DNA of 64,000 bases, taken from positions 1 through 64,000 of IMG/VR virus record IMGVR_UViG_3300017917_001434; one strand, 5' to 3'. Below are positions 58,411-64,000 of this stretch, piece after piece; position 1 is the first letter of the stretch; each line of letters starts with the position of its first letter. The DNA comes from a virus. A program made the translations under genes and the position numbers. The notes beneath the pieces are model-generated. The model was given only the letters and a program-made list of their open reading frames with translations, was not told where the DNA came from and made no database searches.

Positions 58411-59331
58411 ATGAAACAATTATGGGTAGAACAGTATCGCCCTCGCGATATTGAGGGCTATGTCTTTCGCGATGAAGCACAGCGAGATCAAGTAAAGTCC
58501 TGGATCAAAGATGGTAGTATTCCGCATTTGCTGTTCAGTGGTGCTGCAGGCATTGGCAAAACAACCTTAGCTAAAATTCTTATAAATGCGTTAGGTATCG
58601 ATGAATACGATGTATTGGAACTAAATGCTTCACGTACCAACAGTGTCGACGATGTGCGAGAAAAAATTACTAATTTTGTTAGCACTATGCCTTTTGGCAG
58701 TTTTAAGATTGTTTTGTTAGATGAAGCAGACTATTTGAGTCCAAATGCACAGGCTGCCTTACGTGGTGTTATGGAAGAGTATAGTCAAACTGCTCGTTTT
58801 ATTTTAACCTGTAACTATCCGCATAAGATTATTCCGGCACTACACAGTCGTTGTCAGGGTTTTCATATTGAAAAAGTTGATCACACTGAATTCACTGCTC
58901 GTGCCGCAACTGTACTAGTAACCGAAGGGGTAGAGTTTGATTTAGATACCCTTGATAGTTATGTTAAAGCTACCTACCCTGATCTGCGTAAATGTTTAAA
59001 TTTGTTACAGATGAACAGTACAGGCGGCAAATTAATTGCTCCTAGCGAAAGTAACAACAGCACCGCTGACTATAAACTTGCTATGGTAGATCTGTTCAAA
59101 CATGGGAAAATTAAAGAAGCACGACAACTGTTATGCAGTCAAGCCCGCCCAGAAGAAATGGATGATGTTTTCCGCTGGCTATACGATAATCTACAGTTAT
59201 TTGCAAAAACAGAAGAACAGGAAGACGAAGCAATTCTTATTATTCGCAAAGGGCTAGTCAACCATACTATGTGTGCAGACGCCGAGATTAATCTGTCAGC
59301 TACACTTGTTGAATTAAGTCAAATAGGATAA
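58411..59331 (+). CDS. Clamp loader ATPase (RFC small subunit/T4 gp44-like)
   Basis: WVEQYRP, GAAGIGKTT (Walker A), LDEAD, SRC motif. Confidence 0.92.
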   Translation: MKQLWVEQYRPRDIEGYVFRDEAQRDQVKSWIKDGSIPHLLFSGAAGIGKTTLAKILINALGIDEYDVLELNASRTNSVDDVREKITNFVSTMPFGSFKIVLLDEADYLSPNAQAALRGVMEEYSQTARFILTCNYPHKIIPALHSRCQGFHIEKVDHTEFTARAATVLVTEGVEFDLDTLDSYVKATYPDLRKCLNLLQMNSTGGKLIAPSESNNSTADYKLAMVDLFKHGKIKEARQLLCSQARPEEMDDVFRWLYDNLQLFAKTEEQEDEAILIIRKGLVNHTMCADAEINLSATLVELSQIG

Positions 59332-59335
59332 CACT

Positions 59336-59650
59336 GTGAAAAATCTAAACATTTATCTAGTGGCAAATTACATAGGACGGCCAAAAGATCCTAGACGTAC
59401 CTTTGAAAAAGGTTACGTAAATAATCCCGACAATATGATATATGATGAACACATATACCTATGTCGAGGATTACGCAACAAAGATCACCAAAACAGTGTT
59501 GTTTTGGATCTAACTGAACAAAAAATTATTAAAAATACCTTCAAAACAGGCGCTAGTTTTGAAGAAGCGTTTACTCACTACTATGAGGGTTACGGTGACT
59601 ACATTGATGACTGTGTAAACAAATTAAATGAAGCGTTACAAGTTAAATGA
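59336..59650 (+). CDS. Hypothetical protein
   Basis: GTG-start ORF in the operon. Confidence 0.6.
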   Translation: MKNLNIYLVANYIGRPKDPRRTFEKGYVNNPDNMIYDEHIYLCRGLRNKDHQNSVVLDLTEQKIIKNTFKTGASFEEAFTHYYEGYGDYIDDCVNKLNEALQVK

Positions 59651-59948
59651 GTGCGGAGCCCGTGGCTGGTTCTTGGGCGATTTTTCCGGTAGTGTACTAC
59701 CCACAAAAGACTTTGAAGTATGCTACCAAAAGAATCCTCGCAGTCAGACAGCCAGTCATATTCATAAGGTTGCCCACGAAATTACATTAGTAATCAGTGG
59801 GCGTCAGATATGTAACGGACAAATGTTTGAAGCTGGGGATATTTGTGTACTAGAGCCAGGCGATATAAGTCAGATTGAATACCTAGAAGAAACCGAAGTA
59901 GTCACTATTAAAGTTCCAAGTGTACCTGGCGACAAATATCTTCTCTAA
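59628..59948 (+). CDS. Cupin-fold protein
   Basis: RGWF.GDF, H.HK..HEI..VISG, GDI.VL.PG. Confidence 0.75.
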   Translation: MKRYKLNECGARGWFLGDFSGSVLPTKDFEVCYQKNPRSQTASHIHKVAHEITLVISGRQICNGQMFEAGDICVLEPGDISQIEYLEETEVVTIKVPSVPGDKYLL

Positions 59949-60958
59949 GAATCTTTAACACCGCAAGTTTGATTACAACGCCAAAGTCTGCCTTCCTTGT
60001 AGCTATTTTTACTCCAGGATTCTTCGACCCGATTGAACCATTCCATACACTCTCGTAATGGTCTTTTTAGAGCATTAATTTCTTCATTGCCTATCAGTTC
60101 TTTAATCTGTTCTAGTCCGTAGACATACGCAGGCGAATAAGTCTTTGGCATGATTCCTAGATAACAACAAGGGCTTACATCTCCATTGGCACTAATGTAG
60201 ATTGTTCTGTCTCTAATTGTTTCGCAGTCAATTTTTTTATGCACCGGATCTGTATATTTTCTAGTTTTAGAAAACTGTATAATATCTTCTAAATGTTTGT
60301 GATATGTTTTATATTTGCCTACATCTTTGGAGCCAATGGAATGAGTATAGTTTCCATCTCTGTCATAGGCAGCACCCTGATTTCTACCATGGTCTACTGG
60401 AGTGAAATCACTAAAGCCTAATTCTTTAGCTAGTTTACGACATTGTTCAATTTGATGTCTATTATGATCAAACTCAATCATTTTCCATATGGCCGTTCCG
60501 CCAGCATTCATAAAAATTTTTGCATTTTTAATAACAGTATGCCAGTCGGTGTCTGCCCTATATAAACTATGGGTGTCTTCAAGACCATCGAGGGCAAATA
60601 TGATTTCAATATTGCCTAATTTGCCCAAGGCGGTCCAAAATTCACGATCTCTGGCACTACCATTGGTACCAATGGACACAAAAAGTGACGGGTTGTGTTG
60701 TCTAAAATAACTAATAATTTCTAAGGATTCAGGGGCTAACATAAAGTCCCCAAAATTGCCATTGATGTACAATCTTTTTAACCTACCAATAAAGTCTGGT
60801 TCGAATATTTTTTTGATGTCATCTAAGGATAAAGAGGTTTCAGGATACCCTAAATTTATAGGGTATCCGTGAAAGTTTCTTGGACAAAGAATGCAACGTG
60901 CGTTACATTTCGTTGAAAGTTCAAGATGTATTACTCTTACATCTTCATATTTTATCAT
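59945..60958 (-). CDS. Radical SAM protein with C-terminal SPASM/twitch Cys cluster
   Basis: CNARCILC, TNGS, ALDG, ANGDVSPCC...CNQTC. Confidence 0.88.
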   Translation of the reverse strand: MIKYEDVRVIHLELSTKCNARCILCPRNFHGYPINLGYPETSLSLDDIKKIFEPDFIGRLKRLYINGNFGDFMLAPESLEIISYFRQHNPSLFVSIGTNGSARDREFWTALGKLGNIEIIFALDGLEDTHSLYRADTDWHTVIKNAKIFMNAGGTAIWKMIEFDHNRHQIEQCRKLAKELGFSDFTPVDHGRNQGAAYDRDGNYTHSIGSKDVGKYKTYHKHLEDIIQFSKTRKYTDPVHKKIDCETIRDRTIYISANGDVSPCCYLGIMPKTYSPAYVYGLEQIKELIGNEEINALKRPLRECMEWFNRVEESWSKNSYKEGRLWRCNQTCGVKDS

Positions 60959-60974
60959 GCTACTATTTATAGCA

Positions 60975-61718
60975 TTAGAATTCTTTATAGATCTTTAACA
61001 CCTCCGCAACCGCCGGATGGCGCATGATATCTTTGCTTATAAATTCAACACCGGCTACGTACTTACTCTGTTGGTACGCAGCAACAAGACTCTTGAAGTC
61101 TAGTAACCCGTTGTTACTTTCACTACGGTCTGCCTGACGTGTATCACCTGTAACAACTATCTTGGAGCCTTCGCCGAGTCGCGTTAGGAGCATCTTCATC
61201 TGTCCAGGAGTGGCGTTCTGCATTTCATCTGCAACGATCCAACTATCCTTAAAAGTGCGACCTCTCATGTATGCTAGTGGAGCTATCTCTATTGTTTGTT
61301 CGTCTATCATACGAGCGATGTCTCTTGAACTATAATACTCTGCAAATACATCAAACAGAGGTCTAGTCCAGGGTTCCATTTTAGCGTTAATATCACCTGG
61401 TAGGAATCCGTGCTGTTCATCATCCACTCCTACCGCTGGACGAGTCATTACAATTTTCTTCACCTCCCCTTCTTTAAGTGCTTTAATTCCGGCTAACACG
61501 GCTAGCATAGTTTTACCAGTACCAGCAGGACCTGTGGCAAATACTATGTACTTGCTAGTATCTTCTAATAGGCTGATATATTCTTCTTGGTTCAAACTTT
61601 TTGGAATTAGATGTACTGCTTTACGTTGTTGAACATATTGGTTAAAATTTACTACGGTGTTATCTACTACAAATGCTTGTGCGTTGTTGCTACGACTGCT
61701 TCTGCGGTGTCTTGACAT
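60975..61718 (-). CDS. phoH: PhoH-like ATPase
   Basis: GPAGTGKT, GFLPG, YMRGRTF, DEMQN, TGD..Q.D. Confidence 0.93.
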   Translation of the reverse strand: MSRHRRSSRSNNAQAFVVDNTVVNFNQYVQQRKAVHLIPKSLNQEEYISLLEDTSKYIVFATGPAGTGKTMLAVLAGIKALKEGEVKKIVMTRPAVGVDDEQHGFLPGDINAKMEPWTRPLFDVFAEYYSSRDIARMIDEQTIEIAPLAYMRGRTFKDSWIVADEMQNATPGQMKMLLTRLGEGSKIVVTGDTRQADRSESNNGLLDFKSLVAAYQQSKYVAGVEFISKDIMRHPAVAEVLKIYKEF

Positions 61719-61905
61719 ACTGCTCCCTTATTTCTGAATGTTGTGTGGACGACAGTATCCACACAAATATTTACAAGGTAATTTTAATGACAAAGTAAGC
61801 AGTTAAATCAGAATCTTCCAAACTAAATATTAAGCTGTCCTAGCAACCCACCTTTAAAACCTTTACTTGCTTAAATTCATAAATAACATAAAGAGCGCAA
61901 TTACT

Positions 61906-62460
61906 ATGGCTAAAATTATTGTTGAAAATAAACCAATATCTGATGTAATCGAAAACACCAAAGAGCTGTACATGACAGATTCTGCAACAGAAACACTCAT
62001 GGACTTCGAACGTGTACTCGATGAATTAGATTTATATGTTTTTAAACACTGGAAACAAGGTGAGTTAGTTGAAGGACCAACCTACGAAAAATACTTTGTG
62101 ACCTGTACATTTATGTGGCCTTATAAATTAATGCCAGATCCACGTGGCGCAGAACGTTTGCTTGACTACGACTGCGAAGTAAGCTATCGTAAAGATCTAT
62201 TAGAATACCCAGTTAAAATTGAAAGTCCAGATGACTTTCAAGATGGCGGTAAAATGCCTAAGATGGCGCAAACACCAATTTGGCTAGTAACTATCACTAT
62301 GCCTAAACAATTGATGCAGGAAATTAATCAAGGTAGCCTAGAACTAGAAAGTGCTACTTTAGATATGGAAGACATTGAGCAGGCCTATGAAGAAGGCACT
62401 GACGATGCAACAAATTTTGATCAAGAAGACGAGTTGGACAATGCACAAACCACTGCTTAG
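61906..62460 (+). CDS. Hypothetical phage protein
   Basis: DFERVLDE..YVFK.W..GELVEGP, MPDP.GA.RL. Confidence 0.7.
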   Translation: MAKIIVENKPISDVIENTKELYMTDSATETLMDFERVLDELDLYVFKHWKQGELVEGPTYEKYFVTCTFMWPYKLMPDPRGAERLLDYDCEVSYRKDLLEYPVKIESPDDFQDGGKMPKMAQTPIWLVTITMPKQLMQEINQGSLELESATLDMEDIEQAYEEGTDDATNFDQEDELDNAQTTA

Positions 62461-63031
62461 AGAAAATTTAGAGTACGGCGACTTAAAAAGACTAGTACAC
62501 AACGAACTACACATCGACGAATATAAATCTAAGATGGGCAGTGACAGCGAAGTTTGTGTTGTAAGTTTTAAAGTCAGTGGTAAACAGCCCAGTGCAGATT
62601 TGGTTGCTTTTATAGAAAAGAGCTATGATTTTGTTCTAGATGCTGATGTAAGCTCTGGAGAAAAAGAAGACGGCGACTACCTGGTCTTTGTTGAAATTCC
62701 ACGCAGTCCTGATACAGCATCTCAGATTGTTGAGATGATCAAGGACGTATTAAATCTAACCGAACAAACTGAAGAAGAATGGCGTGTTAGATATTATAAA
62801 TCAACTGAAGATCATCCACTAGATGCAGACAAACTTCGTGAAGTTATTCCGAGTACACCAGAAGAATACGCCAGTCGATTTGGCGACAGCGAAGCTGAGG
62901 ACGAGGAAGATGCCGAAGATATTACTAAAGATTTAGACGCATTGAAATCAGCTGCAGGTGTTAAAGTTAACACAGTAGCACCAAAGAACGAATACACAGA
63001 AAGTTTGAGGGTCGCAGCAGGAATAAAATAA
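62441..63031 (+). CDS. Hypothetical phage protein
   Basis: IDEYKSKMG, FVLDADVSSGE. Confidence 0.7.
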   Translation: MHKPLLRENLEYGDLKRLVHNELHIDEYKSKMGSDSEVCVVSFKVSGKQPSADLVAFIEKSYDFVLDADVSSGEKEDGDYLVFVEIPRSPDTASQIVEMIKDVLNLTEQTEEEWRVRYYKSTEDHPLDADKLREVIPSTPEEYASRFGDSEAEDEEDAEDITKDLDALKSAAGVKVNTVAPKNEYTESLRVAAGIK

Positions 63032-63051
63032 TAATTTAGGAGTTATCAACG

Positions 63052-63885
63052 ATGCAAATTACAGCAGGACATATTCGAGCACTTTTCCCAAAATACAAAT
63101 ACCCAGAAGATCTAGCAGAAGCCTTAACAGAATCCTTTGACAAATACGAAATCAACACTGTTAACCGTGCTGCTGGTTTCTTAGCACAATGCGGACATGA
63201 AAGTGCCGGATTCACAATCTTACAAGAAAACTTAAACTATTCGGCCGAAGGTTTGAATAAGATATTTAAGAAATACTTCCCAACAGTAGCAGACGCACAA
63301 CCGTATGCTCGCAATCCAGAAAAGATTGCTAACAAGGTCTACGGTGGACGTATGGGCAACGGCCCAGAGTCTAGCGGTGATGGTTACAAATTCCGTGGCC
63401 GTGGTGCTATCCAATTAACTGGCCGTGACAACTACACACAGTTTGCCAAAGCAGTTGGGCTTACAGTAGACGAAGCAGTGGCAGACTTAGAAACACTTGA
63501 CGGTGCTATCGAGTCAGCCTGCTGGTTCTGGAAGAAAAATGGTCTAAACGGTATATGTGATAAAGATGATATCGTTCTAATGACTAAACGTATCAACGGT
63601 GGTACCATTGGCTTAGATGATCGTAAGAAACATTATGAACATGCTAAACATGTATTAAGTGGACATGTTGAAGAATCACACGGTGTCAACGTGGTTAATT
63701 ACGAAACAGTACGTCTAGGTAGCAATAACGACACAGTCAAAGCAGTACAGGCTAAACTAGGACTTGCCGCAGATGGTAAGTTTGGACCAGGAACAGAAAA
63801 GGCAGTTAAAGCATGGCAAACAGCTAATGGCTTAACCGCAGATGGTATCATGGGACCTAAGAGCCTTGCTAAACTATTAGGATAA
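63052..63885 (+). CDS. Endolysin: GH19 chitinase-like domain plus C-terminal peptidoglycan-binding domain
   Basis: FLAQCGHES, ENLNYS, FRGRG.IQLTG..NY, T.RINGG; DG.FG.GT..AV..WQ...GL..DG..G. Confidence 0.92.
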   Translation: MQITAGHIRALFPKYKYPEDLAEALTESFDKYEINTVNRAAGFLAQCGHESAGFTILQENLNYSAEGLNKIFKKYFPTVADAQPYARNPEKIANKVYGGRMGNGPESSGDGYKFRGRGAIQLTGRDNYTQFAKAVGLTVDEAVADLETLDGAIESACWFWKKNGLNGICDKDDIVLMTKRINGGTIGLDDRKKHYEHAKHVLSGHVEESHGVNVVNYETVRLGSNNDTVKAVQAKLGLAADGKFGPGTEKAVKAWQTANGLTADGIMGPKSLAKLLG

Positions 63886-63888
63886 TCA

Positions 63889-64000
63889 ATGTTTTTACTA
63901 CACTTTTTACCAGACAGTTTTCTTCATACTATAATTAATCTTGTGTTGTTTGCAGGCCTAGGTTTAACTGTCGTTGGCTTTTTCTTAGTAGGTTGGATAC
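63889..64000 (+). CDS. Membrane protein, 3' truncated (possible lysis accessory)
   Basis: MFLLHFLPDSFLHTIINLVLFAGLGLTVVGFFLVGWI directly after the endolysin. Confidence 0.55.
   Translation, partial: MFLLHFLPDSFLHTIINLVLFAGLGLTVVGFFLVGWI

Overview
A 64-kb segment of a large, AT-rich tailed phage genome in the standard genetic code. It has sigma70-type early promoters, a recurrent TAAATA late-promoter motif, virion and tail-fibre genes, a clamp loader, an ATP-dependent ligase, PhoH and a GH19 endolysin. The window opens with the last 34 codons of a PQQ methanol dehydrogenase large subunit (XoxF/MxaF type; missed by the ORF track), followed by a periplasmic cytochrome c. This points by inference to a methylotrophic betaproteobacterial host such as Methylophilaceae. 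Other highlights: (1) a circularly permuted two-piece tmRNA gene (about 26037-26450) with a 29-codon tag ending ALAA and a 34-aa ORF filling its intervening segment, with phage ClpP, GroES/GroEL, IF-1, DksA/TraR and ErpA also in the window; (2) a modification-like cluster of UDP-glucose dehydrogenase, a 2OG-Fe(II) oxygenase, two amidinotransferases and an aminoacyl-tRNA-transferase-like GNAT, plus three radical SAM enzymes elsewhere; (3) a coupled ParB/DGQHR plus HNH-like gene pair; (4) a CHASE2 adenylate cyclase among envelope and lipid enzymes; (5) a stand-alone DnaE fragment; (6) a structured GC-rich intergenic element upstream of an AdoMet-decarboxylase-like gene. No CRISPR array, rRNA, canonical tRNA or IS element was seen. 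All family calls come from motif recognition by eye; no database searches were run.
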